A stretch of 64,000 nucleotides of DNA from an uncultured bacterium (GCA_963777505.1 CAVZQN010000001.1:608001-672000), one strand, 5' to 3'. Shown: positions 11,535 through 22,594, numbered from the stretch's first letter. The notes: generated by a model not told the origin, from the letters alone. Made by a program: numbers and translations.

Positions 11535-11756
11535 GGCTGTGTAAACGATTTGAGCAGTAGTACAAAGGGCTAAAAAGCCCAAAAAGACTGCTGTTTCTCG
11601 TCGAGTACCGGACTCTGCTCTGGGATCCCTTTTGCTCATTCCGTTAGCACCTACGCCCGTAGTGTTTTTACACTCCTTCCAGATATAAACTATTTATTCA
11701 CAATCACTTACACCGACGCTCTAGGACTTGGCCTGGCTTTTGATATAAGGAAGGTC

Positions 11757-13157
11757 ATGCAACCACGCATACAGATGGGGGAAAGGGCACTCGGCCTACA
11801 ACCACTAGAAATAAGAAAGAGCAATAAGAGAAGTATCGGTTCTGACGATCAGCAGATGGATCCTTATGTGATGACCGCGGAATGGCTGCGGTTTAAGAGC
11901 ACGCTGTTCGACAAGAACACGAATTTACCAGCACTGCCGATCGTCATCGACAGTGTACGCAAGATGGCCGACGAATACGGCACATTGGGGTTAATTTCTG
12001 TAAACCTGGGCCGCCAGGAAAATCTTGAAAGCATGTATGGCTGGCAGGTTTATGACGAAATGATTTCCGAATTTGCTACTGTTCTGGATCTTGCAAAGGA
12101 TGAAGTACTCCACAAACGAGATTTAATCGCAGTGACTCAGGTGAGGGGGGACGAATTCTTAGTATTCCTGACTCCGCCTTCGGGGGGAACCTGGAATGAA
12201 CATACACTTGAGCTCACAAACGAACGTTTGCGGAATGCTGTGCGTAGACGGATTGAACAGATGAGTCAGCAGCGCTGGCATCATCTTTCGTTTTACACAG
12301 GTCATGCTTCAATCGTCCGCGATCCTGCGGTACGAATTGAACGTTTGATCTTGAGAGCAATTTCGCGCGCGCGTGAAGTAAGCGGACAAGAAGTTGAAAA
12401 TCAAAAGATCCGCCATCACATCGCGTTGCAGCGAATACTTTCGAATCGTTCGATAACAACGTATTTCCAGCCGATCGTACATATGGAAAGTCTTGACATA
12501 TTGGGTTATGAAGCTTTAAGCAGAAGCCCGGTAGACTCAGGATTTGAAGGCTCTGAACTACTTTTTGCATTTGCTGAAAGCACAAACATGCTGTTGGATC
12601 TTGAACGGCTTTGTCGCGGTAATGCATTAAGAGCCGCCAGAGAATATGGTATCGATCGGAATTTATTCCTGAATTTCTCAGCAAAAGCTCTGCAAGATTC
12701 ACAGTTTACACCGCATCAACTTTCCGATTCCGTTGTAGAAAGCGGGCTGAGACAGGAAGACGTAGTTCTGGAAATTACAGAGCGCGTTGCGATACAACAA
12801 TGGGCTGGATTTAGAAAGATACTCCATCAGTATCGCGATCGCGGATTTCGCGTAGCAATAGACGATATGGGCGCGGGCTATAGCTCGTTACAAGCGATTG
12901 CAGAACTCGAACCAGATTATCTGAAGTTCGATATTTCGCTTGTCAGCAATATCCACGAAAGCCTAATTAAGGTGGGACTCCTGGAAACATTAGTTTCTCT
13001 ATCATCAAAAATCAATGCCAGGGTAATTGCAGAAGGAATAGAATCTCGGGAAGATTTTGTCGCTCTGAAAAACCTTGGCGTTCAACTCGGGCAGGGGTAT
13101 TATTTTGCGGCTCCTGCACCAAATTTACCTGAGATTGACACACATGATGCTTGTTGA
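11757..13157 (+). CDS. Second RGDEF-EAL phosphodiesterase (paralog of 4418..5737)
   Basis: Same AEWLxFKSxLFDKNTNLP N-terminus, VRGDEF, GYEALSR, DDMGAGYSSL, AEGIE. Confidence 0.9.
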   Translation: MQPRIQMGERALGLQPLEIRKSNKRSIGSDDQQMDPYVMTAEWLRFKSTLFDKNTNLPALPIVIDSVRKMADEYGTLGLISVNLGRQENLESMYGWQVYDEMISEFATVLDLAKDEVLHKRDLIAVTQVRGDEFLVFLTPPSGGTWNEHTLELTNERLRNAVRRRIEQMSQQRWHHLSFYTGHASIVRDPAVRIERLILRAISRAREVSGQEVENQKIRHHIALQRILSNRSITTYFQPIVHMESLDILGYEALSRSPVDSGFEGSELLFAFAESTNMLLDLERLCRGNALRAAREYGIDRNLFLNFSAKALQDSQFTPHQLSDSVVESGLRQEDVVLEITERVAIQQWAGFRKILHQYRDRGFRVAIDDMGAGYSSLQAIAELEPDYLKFDISLVSNIHESLIKVGLLETLVSLSSKINARVIAEGIESREDFVALKNLGVQLGQGYYFAAPAPNLPEIDTHDAC

Positions 13158-13193
13158 GGCCTTTTAACTACTTCCCCTCTCTGGTCCAAAGGT

Positions 13194-13226
13194 GGGGCGT
13201 ACTTGGTACGCCCCTCTCTCTTCTTT
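13194..13226 (+). terminator. Probable terminator
   Basis: GGGGCGTAC-TTG-GTACGCCCC followed by a pyrimidine run. Confidence 0.65.
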
Positions 13227-13303
13227 CCATTTGCAGTCGTAATTCATAAACCTGTCATTCTTGGCATCTTTGCGTCTTGGCGGTTGAGCTTTACTATTGA
13301 GAT

Positions 13304-14428
13304 GTGAAACATCGGACCGCTCTTGGTTCCATTCCGCTTTTCAAAATCTATGGCATCCCGATTGAAATTAACTATTCGTGGATTCTGATTTTTGTTCTGG
13401 TTTCAATCAATCTCGGCTCGGGCTGGTTTCCAGCGACACTTCCCTGGATTTCAACATCGCTTTCCTACGTGCTTGGCGCTGTCTCTGCCCTGCTGCTTTT
13501 CCTCTGTGTTCTCGCTCACGAATTGAGCCATTCATTGGTTGCACGCAAGGAAGGATTACATGTACATGGAATTATCCTTCATGTTTTTGGTGGCGTTTCC
13601 TTAATTCACGAAGGCGCGTACAAACCCGCAGTCGAATTCAAGATAGCAATTGCAGGCCCTCTTCTTAGCGTCATTCTAGGCGGACTATTCCTCATCGTAC
13701 GTAAGGTCCTATTTACGAATCCAGAGTCTATTCCTTTTGCTCTTTTCACCTACCTTTTTTTAATCAACTTTATGCTCGCAATCTTTAACCTGCTTCCGGG
13801 CTTTCCTTTAGATGGCGGAAGGGTGCTACGTTCAATTCTTGTTTTCTGGAAAAAAGATCTCATGACCGCTACAAGAATTGCCACACGTGTGGGCGTAGCC
13901 ATTGCATACTTATTGATGATTTACGGAGGAATAGCAATTTTAAGAGGGTTTCTCGGTGGTTTCTGGACGATCTTGATCGGAATTTTTGTCAAAGATGCAG
14001 CAGAATCCAGTTATAAACAAATGGTCATGAATCAACGTTTTGAAGGAAAGCTTGTTGAAGACATTATGCAGAGAAATCCTGTGGTTATCCCGCCGGACAT
14101 CACTGTGCAAAATTTAATTGATGATTACTTCTGGCGGTATCAGTATGGAAGCTTCCCTGTTGGCGATACTCATGCACTCGGAATCATTCCTTTCACAGAT
14201 GTGAAAAAAATTCCGCCAGAAGACCGCGACAAGACAACAGTCCGTTCTGTTATGCACCCGATCACAGATGCTTTACAAATCAGTCCTGACAAAACAATCC
14301 TTGAGGCTTTTGAAAAAGCGAGGGTTAACGGAGTCGGCCGATTGATCGTCACAAACGAATCAGGAGAGATTTTAGGTTATATAAGCTTGCGAGATATCGC
14401 TCGCGTGTATCAAGAAAAGAATTCTTAG
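13304..14428 (+). CDS. Site-2 protease (M50) with CBS domains
   Basis: HELSH, AGP, FNLLPGFPLDGG; C-terminal CBS pair. Confidence 0.95.
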   Translation: MKHRTALGSIPLFKIYGIPIEINYSWILIFVLVSINLGSGWFPATLPWISTSLSYVLGAVSALLLFLCVLAHELSHSLVARKEGLHVHGIILHVFGGVSLIHEGAYKPAVEFKIAIAGPLLSVILGGLFLIVRKVLFTNPESIPFALFTYLFLINFMLAIFNLLPGFPLDGGRVLRSILVFWKKDLMTATRIATRVGVAIAYLLMIYGGIAILRGFLGGFWTILIGIFVKDAAESSYKQMVMNQRFEGKLVEDIMQRNPVVIPPDITVQNLIDDYFWRYQYGSFPVGDTHALGIIPFTDVKKIPPEDRDKTTVRSVMHPITDALQISPDKTILEAFEKARVNGVGRLIVTNESGEILGYISLRDIARVYQEKNS

Positions 14429-14429
14429 T

Positions 14430-16004
14430 TTATTGATCGGCAGAAATTTCGTAGAGCGGCTTTCGTTTCTTTACGCCTAAAGTATCCAGCGCTTTTTGAT
14501 TCTTTGGATCCAGTTGAAGAATGATATTCAGGTGCTTGAACGCTTTGAATTTCAAGCCTTGAGCTTGATAAAAATCAACCAATGCAAAATGGTTGTCCAG
14601 ACTGCGAGGTTCAATTTCAAGGGCTCGTAAAAGGTGCTTTTCCGCATCCAGGGCCTTTCCGGACGTTTGTAACATCTTTCCCAGAGCGCGCAAAAGAATC
14701 GTATTGGCTGGATCTTGATCGATCTCGTCCTCTAAAATATGCAAGTTTTCATTATCACCATTTGATGATCCGCTGCCTGGAATTGCTGTATCTTCGTTTT
14801 CCGGCGTGATCTTATTTTCCATCGTATTCGTCCGCATTTTTTCCGGAAACATCTCACCATTCAAATCATCACCGTCCGATGATTCCGATGACCCTGGTAT
14901 ACCGAACTCAAGCGGCTGGAGAGCCGCTTCCCTTTGCATTAAGTTGTGATGCGCCTGCGCCATCCGATCAATAATTTCCTTCAATGTGTCTTTTAGATCA
15001 CGGAACCTTTCGAAAGAAAAATAAGGTGGATGAAAGATACTGGTCAGGTTATTGTATGCCTTTTGAATTTCATCGCTGCTGAAATCCGGCAAAACATTTA
15101 GAACTTCTTCATCGGTTGCATCTTTGAGTCGCTTTTCGGTCGCCAGAATCAACTCTCGTAATTCATCTTCATTATGAGTTTTCAAACGAGATGCCTGTAC
15201 GGGATTACCTGGTGGATATTCACCTGGAGACATCGGCTTTGTGTTTAAAGGCGCATGTCCCTTTGCAATCACAGCATCTGCATTCGTGAGCTCTTTTAGT
15301 TCTTCGCAATGAACCATGCCCGATATCAAAAGGCAATACAAAGCGCGGCCAAATTCATGGGGAGGAAGTCGCGTGATGGAACGAAGCTGGCGGATTGTAG
15401 TTTTGTCATCTACACCTGCTAGGATCGTTTCCTCAGAAAAGTCGAGATTCGTTCGGGGAAGACGGCGTGTTGCCGGACCTAGTAAAACAATTCGATCATC
15501 ATCCGCTCCGATCCCCCTTTCCAAAACAACCAAACTGGTTATGTTCCGGATACCATCAATCACAACAGCTGGTGTGGAGACTTCCACCATAATATCTTCA
15601 AAAACCGGACGTTCTCTTTCAACAAATTCATAATCACCCGAATCCCAATTAAAAACAGAAAACAAAATTTGCTGAAGCTGATAATTCACGGCCTGAGTAA
15701 TTTCTGAGGCTGAAAGAATGCCTTTTTGAAGTAGAAGCTGACCTAAACGACGACCTTCTTCCAGTTCGGATGAAACCTGATTGAATTCTTCTTCAGTGAT
15801 CTTTCCGAGACGCAACAACACTTCGCCCAATCGTTCATGTTTTACATTTGAATGAACGAAGACAATTCTTCCGGATTTGAAATAGATACTCTTTTTGATT
15901 CCAGCCTGGCTTAAACGTAAAATTCCTGTTTGAGCCGCCAGGTGGAATTCGACTGCTAAGTCGGCCACATTTACATGGGCCAAACTGCCATGTTGAAGTT
16001 CCAT
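14430..16004 (-). CDS. DUF4388-type domain + J-like domain + TPR protein
   Basis: GSL..TGILRL..IYFKSG, RLGEVLL, FNWDSGDYEF; J-like EIQKAYNNLTSIFHPP; C-terminal TPRs. Confidence 0.75.
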   Translation of the reverse strand: MELQHGSLAHVNVADLAVEFHLAAQTGILRLSQAGIKKSIYFKSGRIVFVHSNVKHERLGEVLLRLGKITEEEFNQVSSELEEGRRLGQLLLQKGILSASEITQAVNYQLQQILFSVFNWDSGDYEFVERERPVFEDIMVEVSTPAVVIDGIRNITSLVVLERGIGADDDRIVLLGPATRRLPRTNLDFSEETILAGVDDKTTIRQLRSITRLPPHEFGRALYCLLISGMVHCEELKELTNADAVIAKGHAPLNTKPMSPGEYPPGNPVQASRLKTHNEDELRELILATEKRLKDATDEEVLNVLPDFSSDEIQKAYNNLTSIFHPPYFSFERFRDLKDTLKEIIDRMAQAHHNLMQREAALQPLEFGIPGSSESSDGDDLNGEMFPEKMRTNTMENKITPENEDTAIPGSGSSNGDNENLHILEDEIDQDPANTILLRALGKMLQTSGKALDAEKHLLRALEIEPRSLDNHFALVDFYQAQGLKFKAFKHLNIILQLDPKNQKALDTLGVKKRKPLYEISADQ

Positions 16005-16067
16005 CCCCGCCTCTACTCGCGCACTTTTATTTTAAACTAAACTCGCTGCCACGGTCAAGTCTATAAA

Positions 16068-16080
16068 AATCAATAACTTA
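16068..16080. promoter_or_regulatory. IHF consensus site
   Basis: AATCAATAACTTA matches WATCAANNNNTTR in the intergenic region. Confidence 0.45.
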
Positions 16081-16106
16081 GAGGCAGCAAAGCAAGGTTG
16101 AGGAGT

Positions 16107-17045
16107 CTACGACAATCGCTCGACAGTTTCCGCAACGGATTCTGCATATACGGAACCTTGAAAACTTGCTCGAGTTTCAAGCTCTCTTTCGATTGCTGCG
16201 ACGATTTCTCTTCTTCGATTACACCAATTTGGGGCAACGAGAAGTTTTTCCGGACAATCCGCCGTGAGACGCAGAATCAGCATTTCCGGCGGAAGCAATT
16301 CCAATATCTTCGCGACAATTTCCGCATATTTTTGCATTGTCAATAAACGAAGCGGCATCCGTTCGTGCATTTTTTCAAGAGCCGTACCGCGAACGACATG
16401 CAAGTTGTGGATCTTGATTCCATCTACGGGAAGAGCTGCAACTTCGCGCGCGGTTTGCAGCATTTCAAAATCGTCTTCCCAGGGAAGCCCTGTAATAATA
16501 TGAGCGCCAATTTTGATTCCACGTCCGGATGTTCGTAAAACCGCATCTTTAAAGTCCGCAAAAGTATGGGCGCGATTTAATCGCTTCAATGATTCATCAC
16601 TGCTCGATTCCAATCCATACTCCAACCAGACTTCATGCGTTCCAACGAAGCGTTCGATGACTTGCAAAACATCTTCGGGAACACAATCGGGACGGGTGCC
16701 AATCGCCAATCCAACAACTTCAGGAAAGTCATAAATCACGCTGTAAAGCTTTTGAAGATGTTCCGGCGATCCATATGTATTTGAATAAGCTTGAAAGTAC
16801 GCGACGAATTTATGCGCTCCGAATCTTCGTCTACCCCGTTTGATCCCGGTCTCAAGTTGTTCACGAATCGGCGCATCAAGGCTGAAGTTAAAGCTGTCGT
16901 TGTTGCAATAAATACAGCCGCCAACCGCTTTGGATCCATCTCGATTCGGGCAGGTAAAACCGGCATCTAGAGACACTTTCTGAACTCTACCACCATAACG
17001 CTCGCGCCAATATTGATAAACCGGACGATACAATTTCTTTTTCAT
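16107..17045 (-). CDS. Radical SAM protein, TIGR01212/YhcC family
   Basis: GFTCPNRDG..GCIYC, YFQAYSNTY, IGTRPDC. Confidence 0.92.
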   Translation of the reverse strand: MKKKLYRPVYQYWRERYGGRVQKVSLDAGFTCPNRDGSKAVGGCIYCNNDSFNFSLDAPIREQLETGIKRGRRRFGAHKFVAYFQAYSNTYGSPEHLQKLYSVIYDFPEVVGLAIGTRPDCVPEDVLQVIERFVGTHEVWLEYGLESSSDESLKRLNRAHTFADFKDAVLRTSGRGIKIGAHIITGLPWEDDFEMLQTAREVAALPVDGIKIHNLHVVRGTALEKMHERMPLRLLTMQKYAEIVAKILELLPPEMLILRLTADCPEKLLVAPNWCNRRREIVAAIERELETRASFQGSVYAESVAETVERLS

Positions 17046-19076
17046 CGATACTGCTTGGATTTACGATTCAAGTTAGGATCATCATCGCCTGTAATTTCAA
17101 GATACTTACGTAAATGCTCTCCTGATCGTGGAAAATCCCGCTTCTGCTCATATGCAAGAAAAAGCAGGTAATGCGCTGAAGATAGATTCGATTTTAGAGC
17201 GACTGCCCTTTCGTTTTCCAAAATTGAAAGATCCACTTCCCCTTCATGAAGATAAACGAGTCCAAGATTATTGTGTGCTTCCGCAAAATTTGGATTGATT
17301 TCGATCGTATTCAAAAAGGATCGTTTCGCCTTTGGATAATCCTTTTTACCTAAATAAATTGTGCCGAGATTATAGTGAGCTGATTCATTGTTTGGTTCGA
17401 TCCGCAATAATTTTTCATATGTAGAAAGAGCCTTGTCGTAATCCTGCATGATCATGTACGTTTCCGACAAACCTTGCAAAGTAGCGCCTGAAGACGGATC
17501 TATTTCACTTGCCCGCAAAAACGCTGCTTCAGCATTTTGATAGTCCATACGGTCACGCAAAATAAATCCGATCTGCTGCCAGGCTTTATCCATTTTGGGA
17601 TCAATCTCAACTGCCTGTTGATACGAAACAAGAGCTTCTTGATTGCGCAGCAATTTTTGTCTTGTTGCTCCCAGAAGAAAATGAACGCTCGCATCGTTAG
17701 GATGATTTTTTATAATGTCTTGAAGAACAGTCGACGCTTGCTCGTAATCCTTTTTTTGAAACAGATTTTTTGCGCGAGCTAAATCCTCTTTATAGTCCCT
17801 GGGTACTTCAACATTGCTATTCGTATTTTGATTTTGATTGACGTCGACTCTCACCGCTGTTTGAATTTGCCGTGTCATCTTTACCATTACGAATGACGAA
17901 ATAATAAAATCCACCTGCTACTGCAGAAACAGCAAGAAAAGAGACAAGCATCATTGCGCCAATCTTTAATACATTCCCCTGTCCTTCTATTGGTTTACCG
18001 GTTGGAATTCCCGTTGGCCCTGGAGGGTGAGAGTAACGGACGGAATCTGGCGTCGTTGTAGGGCCGGCATCCATTGAAGTTGGTGTTCCTCCCAAAACGG
18101 TTGGTGGAAGCGAAGAATTCGTCATTTGAATTGAGATATTTCCTGCCGTATTTGGTCTTTTCTCATCTGTTTCTACTGCAGTAGGAGCCGGTGCGATGTG
18201 ATATCGGGAAATCATTTGCGTGTGAGTAATTCCAACAACAGTCGCATTGTTCATTTCGCGATAATGACGCCTGGCATCTCGCAGCAAATTTGCCATTTCT
18301 GCTGCCGTTTGAAGCCGTTTACTTTTGTCTTTCTCAATACAACTATCAACAATCTTCTGCACTGGAGTTGTATCTACATTCATGAAGGTCGACAGCGGTT
18401 TGGGTTGTTCATGAACGATTTTGTAAAAAACACTCGCCATATCTCCAGGAAAGGCTTTTTCGTAAGTTAATACTTCGTACAAAATTGCACCGAGTGCAAA
18501 TACGTCACTTCTACCATCTACGCGTAAACCGCGCACCTGCTCAGGCGACATATAAAATGGCGTTCCCAGAACTGTCCCGGAGGCAGTCATGTTGGAATGC
18601 TCCATCTTCGCGATTCCAAAATCCATAATCTTTACAACCCCTTCTTGATCAACGCGGATATTGGAGGGCTTCAAATCGCGATGCACAATTTGATTCTTAT
18701 GCGCATAGGAGACCCCTTCGCAAACTTGAATCATCATGTTGAGACGGTCTTCAATGGATAATGCCGCTCGAGTCTTAATCATTTTTTCGAGGTCATCACC
18801 CTGAATAAACTCCATTGCGATGAACATTTGGGATTCAACTTCACCGAGATCGTAGATGGTAACGATGTTGGGGTGGCGTAAACCGCCGGCAGCTTGTGCT
18901 TCGCGAATGAACCGCTCACGAGCCATTTCGTCGTCAAGGGAAGGACCGCGCATGATCTTCAGCGCAACATATCTCCCCAGCGCAGGATCGTGAGCTTTAT
19001 ATACCTCACCCATTCCGCCTCTTCCGACGACGGAATCTATCACGTATTTACCGACTCTTTGCGGTATTTGGGCCAT
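17042..19076 (-). CDS. Membrane Ser/Thr kinase with C-terminal TPRs, one frameshift near 17850
   Basis: GRGGMG, HRDLKPSN, DFGIA, SPEQ and a TM helix in 17817..19076; TPR array in overlapping frame 17042..17914. Confidence 0.85.
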
Positions 19077-19127
19077 AAGTTTAGACAGACTAGGATAACA
19101 TCTTTAAGTCTATGGGGTTAGGGTTGT

Positions 19128-20753
19128 TTAACCGCCAAAGTGCGTTTTATGCAAATTTTCTACTGTTTCCAGCGTATCAATCTCGTCCGGTTTTTTATCC
19201 CATCGAATTCTTTTGATGCGCGGAAACCTTAGCGCAAAACCGCTGGAATGCCGATCGCTCCGATTAATCCTGTCAAAAGTCACTTCCAAAACGACTTGAG
19301 GTTTCACCTGATGATAATAGCCGCGGTTCCCTGAAGAAATTTCGTGAAATAAGGATGATAATTGCTGCATTTCAACGTCAGTGATCCCTGAATATGCCTT
19401 TCCAATTGTAAGTAACTCCCCTTTGTGCTGCACTGCAAAAGTGTAATCAGACAAAACACCGGCTCGTTTGCCGTGGCCGTACTCTGCAGCGACAACAACG
19501 ACATCAAGCGTTGCCAATGTTCGTTTCAATTTCAACCAGGTTTTTCCGCGTTTTCCGGGGGAATATGTAGAATCGGGATGTTTAATAACAAGACCTTCAT
19601 TGTTGCGATCACGTGCGCCTTCAAATGATTCTTCCAAACTTTGAGGATTTTGAACAATTTTAGAAGTAGAAGGAGAGAATGAATTCTGATTTTCCTCCCA
19701 CAATGAAAACAACCGGCTCTTGCGCTGGGTCAATGGTAGAAATATCAACAAATCACCTTCTATATATAGAAGATCAAAAGCAAAATAACGCGTTGGAACA
19801 GCTTCAAGAATTTCTTTCGCGATTAATTTTCGACCCAACCTGATTTGAAGTTCAGCAAAACTTAAAATCTGTTCATCACGATACGGTACGATTTCACCAT
19901 CCATTAAGAATGATCCCGGAATTTTTGCAATCGCACTCACGATATCAGGAAAGGAGGCTGTAATATCATCTAGATCCCGTGAATAAATCCGAATCTCATC
20001 ACGATCCTTGTGCACCTGTGCTCGAATCCCATCATATTTATCTTCTGCGAGTCCGGTTCCGTTCATGTACTCCAGAATCTTGGAGACGTCTTCTTCTGGA
20101 GAAGCAAGCATTGGCTTTATGGGATGCAGCAATTGCATTTGAGCTTGATCCAATTTTCCGGCTCGAGCCATTAATGCGGTTTCACCAATGTCGCCAATCA
20201 ACATGTTCGCAAATTGAACCTGCTTTAAAGTCCTGTTAAAAGCTTTAGCAATCGAAGACTCAACAAGGCTCTCCTGCAATCCAATCCTCATTCCACCTAA
20301 CAAAATTTTCGTGATGTACTTTGCTTCCAACGGAGTTGAACGTTCCAAAATTTCTCGCGTAAAGGCACGCTTCTTTATCAAGGATCCCGTTTCACCAAGA
20401 GCATGATAGTACGCTTGAACATCCAGCAAGCGGAGTGATGCAGGCACGTTATGATTTCCCGCTTTGAGGACTTCAAAAATAGCTGTTCCTGGGTCACCGG
20501 TTTTTAATAAAGCAGAACCGAATTGCTCCAGAGCATGAGGTGCAATCTCCAGCAAAGCCTCACGGACAACAGCAAACCCCGCATTCGTTGTTCGCTGTTC
20601 CCGGAGCGCAAATGGAGAGCCGGACATGAAAATCGCAGCAAGCCGGAGATCCTCATCGGTCAATGAATGCAGGTAATCCGCGAGAATGCGCTCCTTTTCA
20701 AGCTTTTTCGTTGTCGCTGCAATCTTTTCGCAAGTCTCAGAGAATGTGTACAT
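19128..20753 (-). CDS. ATP-dependent DNA ligase (LigB/archaeal-like, with N-terminal DNA-binding domain)
   Basis: EDKYDGIR motif I, DGE, FDLL, EGLVIK, WLKLK, LRFPRI. Confidence 0.93.
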   Translation of the reverse strand: MYTFSETCEKIAATTKKLEKERILADYLHSLTDEDLRLAAIFMSGSPFALREQRTTNAGFAVVREALLEIAPHALEQFGSALLKTGDPGTAIFEVLKAGNHNVPASLRLLDVQAYYHALGETGSLIKKRAFTREILERSTPLEAKYITKILLGGMRIGLQESLVESSIAKAFNRTLKQVQFANMLIGDIGETALMARAGKLDQAQMQLLHPIKPMLASPEEDVSKILEYMNGTGLAEDKYDGIRAQVHKDRDEIRIYSRDLDDITASFPDIVSAIAKIPGSFLMDGEIVPYRDEQILSFAELQIRLGRKLIAKEILEAVPTRYFAFDLLYIEGDLLIFLPLTQRKSRLFSLWEENQNSFSPSTSKIVQNPQSLEESFEGARDRNNEGLVIKHPDSTYSPGKRGKTWLKLKRTLATLDVVVVAAEYGHGKRAGVLSDYTFAVQHKGELLTIGKAYSGITDVEMQQLSSLFHEISSGNRGYYHQVKPQVVLEVTFDRINRSDRHSSGFALRFPRIKRIRWDKKPDEIDTLETVENLHKTHFGG

Positions 20754-20872
20754 GGTTTTAATAATCTTATTAATTTAGTGCACTTTGTGCCTTTGTAGTA
20801 ATCCTTATACTCAGAACAAATTAAACTGGAAAGCGTATAGAATGAAGGATATCTTTGTCCTTTGGAGGAATC

Positions 20873-22594
20873 ATGCTCAAAAATCTCCTGCAATACCTGC
20901 TGTTTTCCTTGCTTTCCTTTGTTGTGTTTTTAGTGGCAATCGTAATCATCGCAGTAGTAACAATGGGTCCAGATGTCAAAGAAAACAGCATCCTCGTATT
21001 AGATGTTTCAGGTCCAGTTCTTGAGGAAGGTCCGCAGGGATTTATAGAAAAATTCATGGTTGGAGATGTTTTAACGACTCGTGAAATTATGACTTCTCTT
21101 GAAAAAGCAAAGAATGACAGCCGCATTAAAGGGGTTCTCGTTACAGCTCTAAACTCTCAATTGGGCTTAGGAAAGGCGCAGGAAATCCGATCTGGCATCA
21201 AAAGATTTTCCAAATCCAAACCGGCATATGGCTACATCGAAGAGGGTGATGCCAAAGAATATTATATGTGCTCTGCTGCACAAAAGTTGTTTTTGGCTCC
21301 TGCAGGTGAGGGTGGAATTAATCTGACTGGTTTACGTGCGGAAATGCCATTCTTAAAAGGCACATTAGATAAACTCGGAATCATTGCTGAGTGGGATCAT
21401 ATCGGTGAGTACAAAAGCGCAAGCGAAATGTGGACTCGTGAATCAATGTCTGAAGCGAATCGCGAAGCGACCGAATCACTTTTAAACAGTCTCTATGAAC
21501 GGCTCACCGGAGATATCGCGAAAGATCGAAAACTTTCGCAAGCAAGAGTTAAGCAAATCATCGATGAAGGCCCTCCGATTCGAACTGAAGCAAAGCAAAA
21601 AGGACTTGTTGACGATTTGCTCTATCGCGATCAGGTGGATGAAAGGATCAAGAAAGAGTTAAAACTGAAAGATATCGAATGGATCGGGATTCGTAAGTAC
21701 AAAGAGCCGACATTTACAGAAACATACAGCGGGGCCGGCAGCAAAATTGGAATCATTTACGCAACGGGTGCAATAACGCCTGGTGAATCCTCAAAAGGAT
21801 ATTCCGAAAGCACACTTGGATCGTCAACGATTACCCAGGCGATTCGGCAGGCCCGTGAAGATAAAACCGTAAAAGCAATCGTTCTCAGAGTCGATTCTCC
21901 GGGTGGCTCAGCAGTTGCTTCCGATCTGATCTGGCGTGAAATCGTCATTACCAAAAGCAAAAAACCTGTAGTCGTTTCAATGGCGGATGTCGCTGCAAGC
22001 GGTGGATACTATGTGTCAATGGGAGCATCAAAGATTCTGGCTGATCCTTCAACCGTAACAGGCTCAATTGGTGTTGTATTCGGGAAGTTTTATATGAAGG
22101 GTCTGTACGATAAGATCGGAATGACAAAAGAAATTGTTAAAAAAGGGGAACACGCAGATCTATACAGCGATTATGTTCAGTTTGATGAAGAGGAATGGAA
22201 AATGATGCGCAATCATATGGCCGCCATCTATGATGCGTTTACACGCAAAGCCGCAGAAGGCAGGAAAAAAACGCAACAAGAAATTGATGCGATCGGTAGA
22301 GGCCGCGTTTGGTCAGGCGATCAAGCTCTGCAATTAGGACTCATTGACCAATTAGGTGGACTTCAGGATGCAATCTGGGAGGCTCGTAAACTCGCAAAAA
22401 TTCCGGAAAAAGAAGAAGTAGGAATCGGAGTTTATCCCGCTAGAAAAGGCGGATGGGCAGATATTGTTGCCACCGGAACTCAAGCGAATATTTCATTACC
22501 CGATGAAATTACACGAATGCTGACTCTAGCAAAGATTACGGACCGCGAAAATTTGATTTATTTCATGCCTTACGATTTCAAACTGGGCCGATAG
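20873..22594 (+). CDS. sppA: Signal peptide peptidase SppA (67K type)
   Basis: GEYKSA, VDSPGGS, AASGGYY, TGSIGV; tandem S49 domains. Confidence 0.92.
   Translation: MLKNLLQYLLFSLLSFVVFLVAIVIIAVVTMGPDVKENSILVLDVSGPVLEEGPQGFIEKFMVGDVLTTREIMTSLEKAKNDSRIKGVLVTALNSQLGLGKAQEIRSGIKRFSKSKPAYGYIEEGDAKEYYMCSAAQKLFLAPAGEGGINLTGLRAEMPFLKGTLDKLGIIAEWDHIGEYKSASEMWTRESMSEANREATESLLNSLYERLTGDIAKDRKLSQARVKQIIDEGPPIRTEAKQKGLVDDLLYRDQVDERIKKELKLKDIEWIGIRKYKEPTFTETYSGAGSKIGIIYATGAITPGESSKGYSESTLGSSTITQAIRQAREDKTVKAIVLRVDSPGGSAVASDLIWREIVITKSKKPVVVSMADVAASGGYYVSMGASKILADPSTVTGSIGVVFGKFYMKGLYDKIGMTKEIVKKGEHADLYSDYVQFDEEEWKMMRNHMAAIYDAFTRKAAEGRKKTQQEIDAIGRGRVWSGDQALQLGLIDQLGGLQDAIWEARKLAKIPEKEEVGIGVYPARKGGWADIVATGTQANISLPDEITRMLTLAKITDRENLIYFMPYDFKLGR

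Noticed and set aside
11480-11756. c-di-GMP riboswitch upstream of the EAL gene
   Set aside because: The class I GCAAA/GNRA-receptor pattern and the class II pattern were not recognisable
17042-17914. Standalone TPR gene
   Set aside because: It overlaps the kinase 3' end just after its TM helix and lacks its own signal peptide; better explained as the frameshifted kinase ectodomain
19128-20753. NHEJ or phage-derived ligase locus
   Set aside because: No Ku, LigD polymerase/nuclease domains or phage genes nearby
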